The notes: generated by a model not told the origin, from the letters alone. A stretch of DNA of 64,000 nucleotides from Terriglobales bacterium (GCA_049512435.1 JBEKXC010000001.1:1149-65148); one strand, 5' to 3'. Positions 1 through 9,125 are shown, counted from the first letter of the stretch. Made by a program: numbers and translations.

Positions 1-396
1 TTGACGGGTGATGGGCTTCCCGCAATTCGGGCAATGGGGCACGCCGATCGAAGAGTAGAGCAGGCGCAGATAATCGTAGATCTCGGTGATGGTACCAACG
101 GTGGAGCGCGGACTGCGGCTGGTGGTCTTCTGCTCGATGGAAATCGCGGGGCTGAGGCCGTCGATCGAATCGACGTCGGGACGCTCCATCTGGTCGAGAA
201 ATTGGCGGGCGTAGGCGGAAAGCGTTTCGACATAACGCCGCTGGCCCTCCGCGTAAATCGTATCGAAAGCAAGCGAGGATTTGCCGGAGCCGCTCAGGCC
301 CGTTATGACCGTCAAAGTATTGCGAGGAATCTCGACGTCAATATTCTTCAGGTTGTGCTGGCGCGCGCCGCGCACCGAAATCCTGGTGATGGCCAT
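1..396 (-). CDS. uvrA: excinuclease ABC subunit A (UvrA), N-terminal 132 codons; gene continues beyond window start
   Basis: Absent from the ORF track because it runs off the edge. Minus-strand translation from the ATG at 396-394 reads [90 protein letters not shown]. This is the canonical UvrA N-terminus with Walker [10 protein letters not shown]. The listed 1..486(+) ORF is its antisense shadow. Confidence 0.9.
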   Translation of the reverse strand, partial: MAITRISVRGARQHNLKNIDVEIPRNTLTVITGLSGSGKSSLAFDTIYAEGQRRYVETLSAYARQFLDQMERPDVDSIDGLSPAISIEQKTTSRSPRSTVGTITEIYDYLRLLYSSIGVPHCPNCGKPITRQ

Positions 397-838
397 TTGA
401 CGCAATCTAATTGGACTTCCGTAACGTGGACGGGTCCTAAGAAATGTTGGAGAGTGGAGATACGCAGTCCGATTCCCGTATCTTAGTTGTTAACAGTGGC
501 GGGGGTCAAATGCGGATAGTTTAAGAGATTAAAAGATCAAAAGATTGAATCATTTGCAGCCGCGCGCTTCACAGCGTGGCTGCCATCAAGGGCCGGTAAC
601 GTGAACGCACTTTTCGTAGGCTTCCTAATCTGCAGCACTGCAATCTTGACCGTAGCTCTGGGTATTTTTGGCGCCTATTGCGCTATATGTGCCGTCCTGG
701 CCGCGGTAAATCCCTCCCGACTGTCCAAGACCCTTTCGGCGTTGATACCCCATCAAAGCCCTGTAAGCGGCGACTAGGCCAGCGCCCATCCCCAATCTTC
801 AATTTTTCATCTTTTACGCTAAGTACGCGGAGTAGTGC

Positions 839-1711
839 CTACTGCTGGGGTGGCGTCTGCGGAGGCACGGCGGGCGGCTGCTGTTGTCTTCGCATCATCT
901 CCAGAATCTGCTCAGGGGTCTTCGGCCCCGCGTTGGGCTGATTGGGATCCGGTTGCTGCTGCTGATCTTGGGCGTTGGCGCCGGTCGCGTCGGGCTGGGC
1001 CGGATCGTCGGCGCTGTCATCATCCTTATCGTCATCGTCTTTGTCTTTGCTATCGTCGCCTTCCGGGGTCTGTGTAACCCCGGCTTGCCCATTCCCACGG
1101 TGTGGGGGGACCTGCCCGAGGAACTGCACCGGCCGCGGGGGAATCGGGTGTGGTGGCCCGGGGATTTCCTCATTCACATTCGCGGCCACAGTCGGCGCGG
1201 CCTGGGTGTCTCCTGAAGACGATGGCTTTGCGGTAAGTATCACGCTTGAAACAGCAGTGGGATCTGAGCTGGAGCCGAGCATCACGTAATTGAACGAGGA
1301 GCCGTTGAACAAGCCGGCCAGAACATCTCGTGGCGCTCCCGGGCCGAGATGCGTGACTACTCGCTCGTTTGCGCCTGAGCCCTGAGGAATTTCAATCGAA
1401 GCGCCGGTGAGCTTGCGCACGTCGCGCAAAATCTCGCCCAAAGTCGAATTCTGCGCCGAGATGCTCAGCAACCCGCCTTGATAGCTGACCCTAGCCGGCG
1501 CTGGCGGGAGCTGGTCCATCGGCAACGGGCTCAGTGGACCTCTCGGCAGCGGGGGGAGAACGAGTTGCTTTTGGGGCTTACGGGTATGTTGGTGCGGCAC
1601 GGTGGCCGACGCGGAAGCCTCAGCAGTCTGAGCAAGAAGGGCATGCGCGAGAAGGGCCGGAACTGCCAGCAACAGCCCTACAGCAACCCATCTGCGTCTA
1701 AGCAACATCAA
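839..1711 (-). CDS. secreted hypothetical protein with acidic/Pro/Gln-rich C-terminal tail
   Basis: 290-aa ORF. Signal peptide MMLLRRRWVAVGLLLAVPALLAHALLAQT. Globular middle segment (VSYQGGLLSISAQNSTLGEILRDVRKLTGASIEIP) with a weak resemblance to STN-type domains. Low-complexity tail (DDSKDKDDDDKDDDSADD, QQQQPDPNQP). Function unknown. Confidence 0.6.
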   Translation of the reverse strand: MMLLRRRWVAVGLLLAVPALLAHALLAQTAEASASATVPHQHTRKPQKQLVLPPLPRGPLSPLPMDQLPPAPARVSYQGGLLSISAQNSTLGEILRDVRKLTGASIEIPQGSGANERVVTHLGPGAPRDVLAGLFNGSSFNYVMLGSSSDPTAVSSVILTAKPSSSGDTQAAPTVAANVNEEIPGPPHPIPPRPVQFLGQVPPHRGNGQAGVTQTPEGDDSKDKDDDDKDDDSADDPAQPDATGANAQDQQQQPDPNQPNAGPKTPEQILEMMRRQQQPPAVPPQTPPQQ

Positions 1712-1841
1712 AATACCCCGTCTCGGTGAGGGCCAAGGACACCTGTTCTGGCTGATTTTACCATTGCATGTAGAACGGCGGAGGCCCTTAATCTTGCACG
1801 GTGATTACCGACGATCGCTGGCAGGCATGGCCTGCAACAAG

Positions 1842-1889
1842 GAAGTTGGCTGTCGAAGTTGGCTATCGTTTGACTATCGTTTGACTATC
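1842..1889. repeat. two adjacent short tandem direct repeats in a divergent promoter region
   Basis: GAAGTTGGCT(G/A)TC x2 (1842-1867), immediately followed by GTTTGACTATC x2 (1868-1889). Lies between the divergent genes 839..1711(-) and 1912..2952(+). Confidence 0.6.
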
Positions 1890-1911
1890 ACCGACCGGGG
1901 GAGCGCGTAAA

Positions 1912-2952
1912 ATGCCAGCAGAGGCTTTTCTCTTGGGCACTGCTTCAGAACCGACGCCTCGGAACCGACGGCGCTACCGGCGATGGCTGTGTCTGCTGCT
2001 GCTGGGAGCATCTTCCCATGCGCAGTTCTGCCAAAGCGCCGCGGACATGGATGCTTCGGCGCGAGCCGCGCTCGAAACCGCGGCGAAGCGTTACTTCGAA
2101 ATGGCGGCGCGCGGCGATGCCGCTGGCCTGAAGCAGAACTCTATTCCGAGCGTGGCTGCCAGCTTTGACGGTATCGAAGCCGCGGTGAAAGATAGCCAAG
2201 CCGCGTTCACGGGCGCGCAAGCGACCGCGCAGCCGCCTTTTCTGCTGACCGCGGATGGCCTGGAGACGCGCACCCGCGCTGAATTTCTGTGCGGGGTATT
2301 TGGGAAGTCGGGCCAGACGAAGGATAGCGCGGTATTTGTCCTGAATAATCTGCCGCCCGGCAAGTACGGCATCACCATTGTCGACGTTAGGGGCGGCCCG
2401 ACTGCCATGACGCTGACCCTGGTCCTAAAACAGGCAGGCAGCGACTGGAGGCTGGCGGGTTTTTTCCCCAGATCCTCGCAGGCAGCAGGACACGATGCCG
2501 CATGGTTCATCCAGCACGCCCGCGACTTCAAGGCGAAGTCCCAGAATCACAATGCCTGGTTGTACTACCGCGAGGCGATCGCCCTGTCCGCTCCCGTGGA
2601 CTTTATGAGCACGCTCGCCACCGACAAACTTTACGACGAGACCCAGGGTATGCAGCCTGCCGATCTGCCCGCGAACGGAAGCACCCTGGATTTAAGCGCC
2701 AGCGGCAAGATCTATCGTCTGACCGCAATCTTTCCGCTTGCCGTGGGCAACGACCTTGAGGTGGTAGTAAGGTACGATGCCGCGGACGTATCGAATACCG
2801 CGCGCACGTTTCAGGAAAATACGGCCGTGATCAAAGCCCTGGTCTTGAAGTTTCCCGAATTTCGGGAGGCTTTTGCCGGAGTGGTAGCGCGAGCCGTCGA
2901 TCCCTCAGGCCGCGACTACGGCACGCTCTTACCCATGAAGGATATCAAGTAG
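1912..2952 (+). CDS. hypothetical protein, probable secreted
   Basis: 346-aa ORF. Basic N-terminus followed by a hydrophobic signal-like segment (RRWLCLLLLGASSHAQF). No catalytic motif recognised. Confidence 0.55.
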   Translation: MPAEAFLLGTASEPTPRNRRRYRRWLCLLLLGASSHAQFCQSAADMDASARAALETAAKRYFEMAARGDAAGLKQNSIPSVAASFDGIEAAVKDSQAAFTGAQATAQPPFLLTADGLETRTRAEFLCGVFGKSGQTKDSAVFVLNNLPPGKYGITIVDVRGGPTAMTLTLVLKQAGSDWRLAGFFPRSSQAAGHDAAWFIQHARDFKAKSQNHNAWLYYREAIALSAPVDFMSTLATDKLYDETQGMQPADLPANGSTLDLSASGKIYRLTAIFPLAVGNDLEVVVRYDAADVSNTARTFQENTAVIKALVLKFPEFREAFAGVVARAVDPSGRDYGTLLPMKDIK

Positions 2953-3047
2953 CTTGGGCGCAGTTGCCTTCCCCATCCCCCCATTTTCTTCAGAGCCCGG
3001 TACCTCCGTAATTTGAGAATGGACTGCCCGCTGGCTACAGTGGGAAT

Positions 3048-4562
3048 ATGCGGATTCTCTTTGCCTTGCGCAGTCGTCTTTTCCGCAGCCGCGCGATCGT
3101 GCTGCGAGCGATAATTCCAGGCATAATTCTCGGCGTACTGCTCTGCTCGGAGCCAATCTGTGCGCTTGGGCAGACTTCGCCTTCAGCGCCGAGGCCCGCG
3201 GCCAATCCCGATCGGCTTCCCATTACTACGAGTTCGCCGGAAGCGGCCAAGCTGTTCGAGGAGGGGTTGCGCCTTCGATACGACTATCACATTGAGCAGG
3301 CTTTGGTGAAATGGCGGGAAGCCGCCATTAAGGACCCCCATTTCGCTCAGGCCTGGACTTACATCGTCTGGGTGGGACTTGATCCTGGGGAAACCAGGCA
3401 AGCGGCGGAGCAGGCGCAACTGACGTCTCGGAAGGCGACACCTGGAGAAAAGCTTCTGGTCAAGTGGGTGGTATCGACGAACCAGGGACGTTTTCTCGGG
3501 GCCATTGCAGCCATGAACGATCTGCTGGCGATGTATCCGCGCGACGGCCAACTGCAGTATGAGGCTGGGCTTTGGCTGCAATCTCAGGGTGATTACGAAG
3601 GAGCGGCCAAGCTCACCAAGCGCGCGCTGGAGATTGACCCCAATTTCGCCGGGGCTTTGAATACCCTGGCGTATGACCTCGCTTACATGCATGAGTACGA
3701 CCAAGCGATCCTTACCCTGAAGCGCTACGTCGAGGCAGAACCGAACGATCCCAACCCCCGCGATTCCCTGGCTGAAATTCTGCAGCAGGCAGGTCGGCTG
3801 GAAGAGTCGCTGGCCGAGTATCGTGAGGCCCTGAAGATGGATCCCCAGTTTTTCACTTCGCAGCTGGGCCTCGGCAACGACTACGCTTTGCTCGGAAACC
3901 AGGACCGTGCCCGCCAGGAATACGCCCAAGCGCTTCCCATGGCGCTGACACCGCAGGACAAGCTCAACTGTCAGATTCAATCCGCAATCAGCTACGCCCG
4001 TGAAGGGAATGTGAAACAAGCCCGGGTGGAACTGGCGGCAGTGCTGGCGGCGGCGACCAAGCTGCAAGTGAACGACTACCGCGGTTCCATCCATCGCTAC
4101 CTGGCTCTGTTGTCGGAATCTCCGGACGCCGCGTTTCAACATCTAACTGAGGCAGAAGTGATTTTGCAGGGATCCGGACATGTGTCGGGCAAGGTCCGCA
4201 GTGGGCTGCTGGCGCGCACACTGCGCACACGAGCGCGTTTGGCGGCGGAAGCGGGAAGACTTGAGATGGCCCGTGCTGCCGTCTCGCGTTTGCAGAAAAT
4301 GCTCCAGGCGAACCGCAACAATGCGGTCGAGCGCGCATACCACGGGGCCAACGGGGCGCTGCTGGCTGCGGAGTCGAAAATCGGCGCGGCCATCGAGGAA
4401 CTGCGGGAGGACCCCGAGTATCCATTTTCCTTGTCGAAGCTCGCGGAATTGCAGGCGGCATCGGGGAATGCTCACGATGCGGCGGAAACCAGAGCGCGCC
4501 TGCAGGCTGATTACGGCACCACCCTCGAGGACTGGCTCGTCGTCCGGGGTTTCAGGCAATGA
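3048..4562 (+). CDS. TPR-repeat protein (exported or membrane-anchored)
   Basis: 504 aa. N-terminal hydrophobic segment IIPGIILGVLLCSEPICALG, then repeated 34-aa TPR-like units (YEGAAKLTKRALEIDPNFAGALNTLAY; AEYREALKMDPQFFTSQLGLGNDYALLGNQDRARQEY). Confidence 0.75.
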   Translation: MRILFALRSRLFRSRAIVLRAIIPGIILGVLLCSEPICALGQTSPSAPRPAANPDRLPITTSSPEAAKLFEEGLRLRYDYHIEQALVKWREAAIKDPHFAQAWTYIVWVGLDPGETRQAAEQAQLTSRKATPGEKLLVKWVVSTNQGRFLGAIAAMNDLLAMYPRDGQLQYEAGLWLQSQGDYEGAAKLTKRALEIDPNFAGALNTLAYDLAYMHEYDQAILTLKRYVEAEPNDPNPRDSLAEILQQAGRLEESLAEYREALKMDPQFFTSQLGLGNDYALLGNQDRARQEYAQALPMALTPQDKLNCQIQSAISYAREGNVKQARVELAAVLAAATKLQVNDYRGSIHRYLALLSESPDAAFQHLTEAEVILQGSGHVSGKVRSGLLARTLRTRARLAAEAGRLEMARAAVSRLQKMLQANRNNAVERAYHGANGALLAAESKIGAAIEELREDPEYPFSLSKLAELQAASGNAHDAAETRARLQADYGTTLEDWLVVRGFRQ

Positions 4563-5056
4563 TAGTGATGGGATTGAAGAACATAGCGCTTCGAAATCTG
4601 CCGAGAGCTGCGCTGGCAGTCGTCTGGATTTGTATTTTCGTGTGCAGTGAGATCGCGGCCGCGCGTGACGTTGCTCTCGTGACCGGCAAGAACAGCCGGG
4701 TCCAAGTGATGAAAGCCGCCGACCTGACAAAAACCATCAAGAACACCCACAAATGGCTCGGTGGGTATGATCTGACGGTTGTACTCACCGACCCATCTTC
4801 GCCAGAGATGCGCATCGTTGCCGAAAAACTCTTGTCGCTGTCACCCGACGACTTTAGGAAATTGATCGACGCAGCGAACAGGACCCGGGCGACGTTCCTG
4901 GTGGTTTCGAACGATGACGAAGTGCTAAAGACACTGCAGTCGAATCCATCTGCAATCGGCCTGGTGAATGTTTATTCCATCACCAGCAACGTCGAGGTGT
5001 TGAAGATCGACGGCAAGCTTCCCCTCGAGCCCGGCTACATTCTGCACAGCCAGTAG
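4559..5056 (+). CDS. small exported protein, translationally coupled to the TPR gene
   Basis: 165 aa. ATGA start/stop overlap with the upstream gene at 4559-4562. Signal peptide AALAVVWICIFVCSEIAAA. A periplasmic-binding-protein-like fold is only a guess. Confidence 0.55.
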   Translation: MIVMGLKNIALRNLPRAALAVVWICIFVCSEIAAARDVALVTGKNSRVQVMKAADLTKTIKNTHKWLGGYDLTVVLTDPSSPEMRIVAEKLLSLSPDDFRKLIDAANRTRATFLVVSNDDEVLKTLQSNPSAIGLVNVYSITSNVEVLKIDGKLPLEPGYILHSQ

Positions 5057-5187
5057 ACGCGGGGAAATTACTCGCATAGCCGATTAGTCGACCCCGCCGT
5101 TGCCTTCCTCGTCAGGCGGGACTAAAATTCCTCCAATTCATTTCACCTCAGCGGAGTTCTCACTCAATCTCGTTCCAAGGAGGATGT

Positions 5188-6693
5188 ATGGGCATCGCAG
5201 TTTCCCCGATCCAGATTGATTCACGCGTCAGCGACTTCATTGCGAAGCCGCGCAAAATGCTGATCGACGGCAAGTGGGTGAATGCCGCGTCGGGCAAAAC
5301 TTTCCCAACCTATAACCCAGCCACCGGTGAGGTTCTGGCCCAGGTCGCGGAAGGCGATCGTGCGGATATTGACGTCGCGGTGCAGGCCGCCCGGCGCGCC
5401 TTTGACAGCGGTCCATGGACGCGCCTGACGGCCTCCGAGCGCGGCAAGCTGGTGTGGAAACTGGCTGACCTGCTGGAAGAGCACACCGAAGAGTTCGCGA
5501 CGTTAGAAACATTGGATAACGGCAAGCCGCTCACCGTGGCGCGCGCCGCCGATGTTCCGCTGGCCGTCGATATGTTCCGATACATGGCGGGATGGGCAAC
5601 CAAGCTCGAAGGCACCACCATTCCACTCTCGGTAATGTACACGCCCGGCGTAAATTACCACGCTTACACGCTCCGCGAGCCGGTCGGCGTCGTGGGCCAG
5701 ATTATCCCGTGGAACTTTCCGCTGCTGATGGCGGTGTGGAAACTGGCGCCGGCGCTGGCCTCAGGATGCACGGTGGTGCTGAAACCGGCCGAACAGACGC
5801 CGCTCTCCGCGCTCCGTCTGGGCGAGCTGATTATGGAAGCCGGGTTCCCGGATGGTGTGGTCAACATCGTCCCGGGATATGGCGAGACGGCGGGCGCGGC
5901 TTTAGCGGCGCACGATCTGGTCGATAAAGTTGCATTTACCGGATCGACGGAAGTAGGCAAGCTGATTGTTCACGCGGCCACTGGAAACCTGAAAAAAGTT
6001 TCGCTCGAACTGGGCGGCAAGTCGCCGAACGTAGTGTTCAAAGATGCCAGCCTGGATACGGCAATTGCCGGCGCGGCCAGCGCCATCTTTTTCAACCACG
6101 GCCAGTGTTGCTGCGCTGGGTCGCGACTGTACGTCGAACGGCCGGTATTCGATCGCGTGGTCGAGGGCGTGGCGGCACAGGCGGAGAAGATCAAGGTTGG
6201 CTCGGGACTGGATCCCGCGACGCACATGGGCCCGCTGGTTTCTGAGGAACAGCTGCAGCGCGTCTGCAACTACCTGGAAGTCGGAATGGCCGAAGGCGCC
6301 AAGGCCGCTTCGGGCGGACGCAAAATCGGCGGCAAGGGATACTTCGTCGAGCCCACCGTTTTGGTCGATACCAAAGATTATATGAAGGTCGTGCAGGAGG
6401 AGATCTTTGGGCCGGTGGTAGCGGCGATTCCATTCGACAATCCGGAAGAGCTGTTGTCTCGGGCAAACGATTCCGTGTACGGCCTGGCGGCGGGAGTGTG
6501 GACCAACGACGTCTCCAAGGCGCACCGGACGGCAACGTTGCTGCGCGCCGGAACGGTCTGGATCAACTGCTACAACATCTTCGACGCAGCGCTGCCGTTC
6601 GGCGGCTACAAGCAGTCGGGTTGGGGACGCGAGATGGGCAAAGATGTTCTCGCACTCTATACCCAGACTAAGGCGGTGTGCGTCAGGATGTAG
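5188..6693 (+). CDS. NAD(P)-dependent aldehyde dehydrogenase
   Basis: 501 aa. SD AAGGAGG precedes the ATG. ALDH hallmarks are present: ELGGKSP (catalytic Glu), FFNHGQCCCAGSR (catalytic Cys), FTGSTEVGK, PFGGYKQSGWGRE. Confidence 0.92.
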   Translation: MGIAVSPIQIDSRVSDFIAKPRKMLIDGKWVNAASGKTFPTYNPATGEVLAQVAEGDRADIDVAVQAARRAFDSGPWTRLTASERGKLVWKLADLLEEHTEEFATLETLDNGKPLTVARAADVPLAVDMFRYMAGWATKLEGTTIPLSVMYTPGVNYHAYTLREPVGVVGQIIPWNFPLLMAVWKLAPALASGCTVVLKPAEQTPLSALRLGELIMEAGFPDGVVNIVPGYGETAGAALAAHDLVDKVAFTGSTEVGKLIVHAATGNLKKVSLELGGKSPNVVFKDASLDTAIAGAASAIFFNHGQCCCAGSRLYVERPVFDRVVEGVAAQAEKIKVGSGLDPATHMGPLVSEEQLQRVCNYLEVGMAEGAKAASGGRKIGGKGYFVEPTVLVDTKDYMKVVQEEIFGPVVAAIPFDNPEELLSRANDSVYGLAAGVWTNDVSKAHRTATLLRAGTVWINCYNIFDAALPFGGYKQSGWGREMGKDVLALYTQTKAVCVRM

Positions 6694-6715
6694 TAGTAAC
6701 TAGGTGATGATCCTA

Positions 6716-6770
6716 CGGTGGAGAGACGGGCGCCTCGCCCGTCCAGCCGGGAACGCCCGGCTCTCCACCG
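6716..6770. repeat. REP-like composite palindromic element, full copy 1
   Basis: CGGTGGAGAG-ACGGGCGCCTCGCCCGT-CCA-GCCGGGAACGCCCGGC-TCTCCACCG. An outer 10-bp inverted repeat encloses two internal hairpins. About 90% identical to the copy at 56703-56760. Sits 22 nt after the ALDH stop and is followed by a T-rich run, so it may act as a terminator. Confidence 0.75.
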
Positions 6771-6808
6771 TTCTTTATTTCTGCGGGAGATTTGTGTGGG
6801 ATGAAAGC

Positions 6809-6882
6809 TGGAGGCGCGGGTGAGAATCGAACTCACGATAGAGGTTTTGCAGACCTCGGCCTTACCACTTGGCTACCGCGCC
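6809..6882 (-). tRNA. tRNA-Cys (GCA)
   Basis: Reverse complement GGCGCGGTAGCCAAGTGGTAAGGCCGAGGTCTGCAAAACCTCTATCGTGAGTTCGATTCTCACCCGCGCCTCCA. The 7-bp acceptor stem GGCGCGG/CCGCGCC, anticodon loop CTGCAAA, T-loop GTTCGATTC and an encoded CCA are all present. Confidence 0.9.
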
Positions 6883-6892
6883 GTAAATCACG

Positions 6893-6926
6893 CCTAAAAC
6901 GAAAAGCCCTTGCTGGTGCAGGGCTT
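6893..6926 (-). terminator. terminator-like hairpin between the two tRNA genes
   Basis: The minus strand reads AAGCCCT-gcaccagca-AGGGCTT followed by TTCGTTTT. It lies only about 10 nt upstream of tRNA-Cys, so it could instead be a processing structure. Confidence 0.4.
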
Positions 6927-6934
6927 CAAGAAAC

Positions 6935-7009
<75 letters not shown>

Positions 7010-7020
7010 TCGGCTTTACG

Positions 7021-7050
7021 AGTATAAACGACGCCGTCCCGGCGGAGCAA
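7021..7050 (-). promoter_or_regulatory. candidate sigma70 promoter for the tRNA genes
   Basis: The minus strand reads TTGCTC-N18-TATACT, with the -10 element ending 11 nt before the tRNA-Gly 5' end. Motif match only. Confidence 0.3.
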
Positions 7051-7114
7051 ACATGGCGGTCGGGCGATGGATACAGTTGACGATCCGGATTTGCCGGCTT
7101 TCACGGCATCAATA

Positions 7115-7837
7115 CTACTGCTTGCCCGCAGCGGTCTGGTTGGAAGCGGCGGTGATCTGGTTGCGCACGTCCCAAAGATCTTTATAGAGCCAGCTTTCCA
7201 TTCGCTGCTGCAGAACTTCCACGGGCGTTCCCATGGTGCCGACGACGCGGCCTCCGATGATGCGCTCGGCGAGCTTGAGATGGTGGAAACGGAAAAGCTG
7301 CATGCGTTCGTCGAAATCGAGCAGGCGCTCGGCAATGTCGTGCAAACCGAAGAATTCTTCGTGACGGCGATAGAGGTCGCCGATAGTGACGCCGGCGCGG
7401 CTAAGCTGCTCGTGAAAAGCGTGGCCGAGACGCGGACCGATGTGGAGCAGCGCAAGAAATCCAGGAGAATCAAGCCCGCTGCCGTGCCCGAGGCCGGCGC
7501 GAATGAGGTGATAGTCGCAGGGCGTAATGGTCTCCAGGATGTGAAGCAGGCCGATGGGCGGCTCAATCATCTGGATGGCGCGGCGGATCAAGCGCGCGGT
7601 GTTGCCGTAGTCGGCGTGCTCCAGCGCTTCGAGGGCACGGCCGAGTTCGAAAGCCGCTCCTTTCAGGAGCAACTCAGAACTCTGGTGTACAACCAGAAAA
7701 GTCATCTCGTCTGGGTGCAGCAACTCGGCGGGCGCTTTTTGCAGGGCGAGCAATTCGTCGGTGCGCAAATAGCGCTCGTAGTCGGTCGCTCCCTTGCCGG
7801 GAAGAATCGGTTTGGTGAATTCGTCGCGATGTGCCAT
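7115..7837 (-). CDS. tryptophan 2,3-dioxygenase family protein
   Basis: 240 aa. TDO-like blocks: DYERYLRTDELLALQ, VVHQSSELLLK (distal His region), GLGHGSGLDSPGF, FRFHHLKLAERIIGGRVVGTMGTP (proximal His region). Shorter than typical TDOs. Confidence 0.7.
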   Translation of the reverse strand: MAHRDEFTKPILPGKGATDYERYLRTDELLALQKAPAELLHPDEMTFLVVHQSSELLLKGAAFELGRALEALEHADYGNTARLIRRAIQMIEPPIGLLHILETITPCDYHLIRAGLGHGSGLDSPGFLALLHIGPRLGHAFHEQLSRAGVTIGDLYRRHEEFFGLHDIAERLLDFDERMQLFRFHHLKLAERIIGGRVVGTMGTPVEVLQQRMESWLYKDLWDVRNQITAASNQTAAGKQ

Positions 7838-7848
7838 TCGAAACCTGT

Positions 7849-8571
7849 TCAGGATTGCAAGTGCTCAGCCGGACGATGCGCTGCCCACTGCGGATCTTCG
7901 TCTGGCGTTACGATCTGGCCGTCACGCATGTGGATGATGCGGTCGCCATACTCGGCGGCCTCGGGATTGTGCGTAATCATCATTACAGTCTGCCTCAGAT
8001 CCTTGTTGGACTGGCGCAGCATGCCAAGGACGACGCTCGAGCTCTTCGAATCCAAGTTGCCGGTAGGCTCGTCGGCAAGCACGATGGCGGGCCGGTTGAT
8101 AAGAGCCCGTGCGAGTGCGACTCGCTGCTGCTCGCCGCCGGACAGCTCGTTGGGACGATGCTCCAGGCGCTGGCCGATGCCCAGCATCTCGGTGATTTTT
8201 TTCAGGAATACGGGATCAGGCTTTCCGCCGGCGATGTCGGCGGCGATTTCGATGTTCGAACGTGCGCTGAGCGTAGGCAGAAGATTAAATTTCTGGAACA
8301 CGAATCCGATCTTCTTTTTGCGCAACCGGGTGCGCTCGCCGTCGGAAAGAGTAGAAAAATCCACGTCGTCGATGATAACGCTTCCCGAGTCGGGGTGAGT
8401 CAGCCCACCGAGCAGATAGAAAAGTGTGGACTTGCCGCTGCCCGAAGGGCCCACGATGGTGACAAACTCCCCTTTTTGCACGCTGAAGGAAATTCCGCGC
8501 AGGGCCGGCACATCGACTTTGCCGACCCGGTAGGTTTTGCGCACTTCCCTGGCTTCAATGAAGGCCGACAT
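7849..8571 (-). CDS. ABC transporter ATP-binding protein (MacB/LolD-type)
   Basis: Walker A GPSGSGKST, signature LSGGEQQRVALARA, Walker B IVLADEPT. I prefer the start at MSAFIEAREVRKTY (8571) over the ORF-track start at 8613. No permease gene is adjacent. Confidence 0.85.
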   Translation of the reverse strand: MSAFIEAREVRKTYRVGKVDVPALRGISFSVQKGEFVTIVGPSGSGKSTLFYLLGGLTHPDSGSVIIDDVDFSTLSDGERTRLRKKKIGFVFQKFNLLPTLSARSNIEIAADIAGGKPDPVFLKKITEMLGIGQRLEHRPNELSGGEQQRVALARALINRPAIVLADEPTGNLDSKSSSVVLGMLRQSNKDLRQTVMMITHNPEAAEYGDRIIHMRDGQIVTPDEDPQWAAHRPAEHLQS

Positions 8572-8604
8572 CCACTGAAAACCATACCACACGGAGGGGC
8601 GTGA

Positions 8605-8636
8605 TTGAGTCATTGAAGCATTGAGTCATTGAAGCA
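8605..8636. repeat. perfect 16-bp tandem duplication
   Basis: TTGAGTCATTGAAGCA x2, directly upstream of the ABC ATPase gene. Confidence 0.7.
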
Positions 8637-8669
8637 TTAAAAACCTTGAGTCCGATAAGCTCATGAACT

Positions 8670-9125
8670 TCAATGATTCAATGTCTCAATGTACTGCAAC
8701 GCCACGGTCGCGTGCTCCACGTCCACCGCACCTGCGCGGAGTTCGACCTGTCGCTTCGGTCCGCGCTTGCGTACGAGCAACAGGCGGATGCGTTCCAAGA
8801 GTTCGGCGGGTTCGTACATTCCCTTGCACAGAAAAACATCGGCGAGCGTTTCGCGCTCGTAGATCTTGGATCGGGCGGAGATCAGCACGGCCGGAGTCTG
8901 CGGTGAGAGACTCTTGATTTCTTCGATCAGCCGCGAACCATCCACCCCGGGCATAATCAGGTCGGTGAGCACCAGGTCAACACCACCGCGGCGGAAGGTT
9001 TCCAGGGCCATGGCGCCGCTGTTGCACGCGATTACGCGGTAGCCTCGCGTTTCCAGCATGATTTTGCGGATGGAGAGCGCCTGTTCATTATCGTCCACAC
9101 AAAGAATCGTTTTCTTGGGTTTCAT
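8670..9125 (-). CDS. stand-alone response regulator receiver protein
   Basis: Start taken at MKPKKTILCVDDNEQ (ATG 9125). Receiver motifs are present: DD pair, phospho-acceptor DLVLTDLIMPGVDG, and PAVLISA. No output domain. Confidence 0.8.
   Translation of the reverse strand: MKPKKTILCVDDNEQALSIRKIMLETRGYRVIACNSGAMALETFRRGGVDLVLTDLIMPGVDGSRLIEEIKSLSPQTPAVLISARSKIYERETLADVFLCKGMYEPAELLERIRLLLVRKRGPKRQVELRAGAVDVEHATVALQYIETLNH

Noticed and set aside
1-486. 161-aa plus-strand ORF at the window start
   Set aside because: It is the antisense shadow of uvrA. The minus strand gives an unmistakable UvrA N-terminus.
601-777. 58-codon GTG-initiated ORF encoding a hydrophobic peptide (VNALFVGFLICSTAILTVALGIFGAYCAICAVLAAV..), divergent from uvrA
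   Set aside because: It is TM-like, but GC3 is only about 59%, the SD is weak and conservation cannot be tested here. The support is not enough to call it.
3183-4142. 319-aa minus-strand ORF. The same argument applies to 35452..36279(+), 5902..6525(-), 53668..54408(-), 47476..48096(-) and 48445..49029(-).
   Set aside because: All lie inside or antisense to genes with clear family motifs. They have no SD and shadow-type composition.
7067-8398. 443-aa plus-strand ORF
   Set aside because: It runs antisense across two well-supported minus-strand genes (TDO-like and the ABC ATPase). It has Ala/Gly/Arg-rich shadow composition and no motifs.
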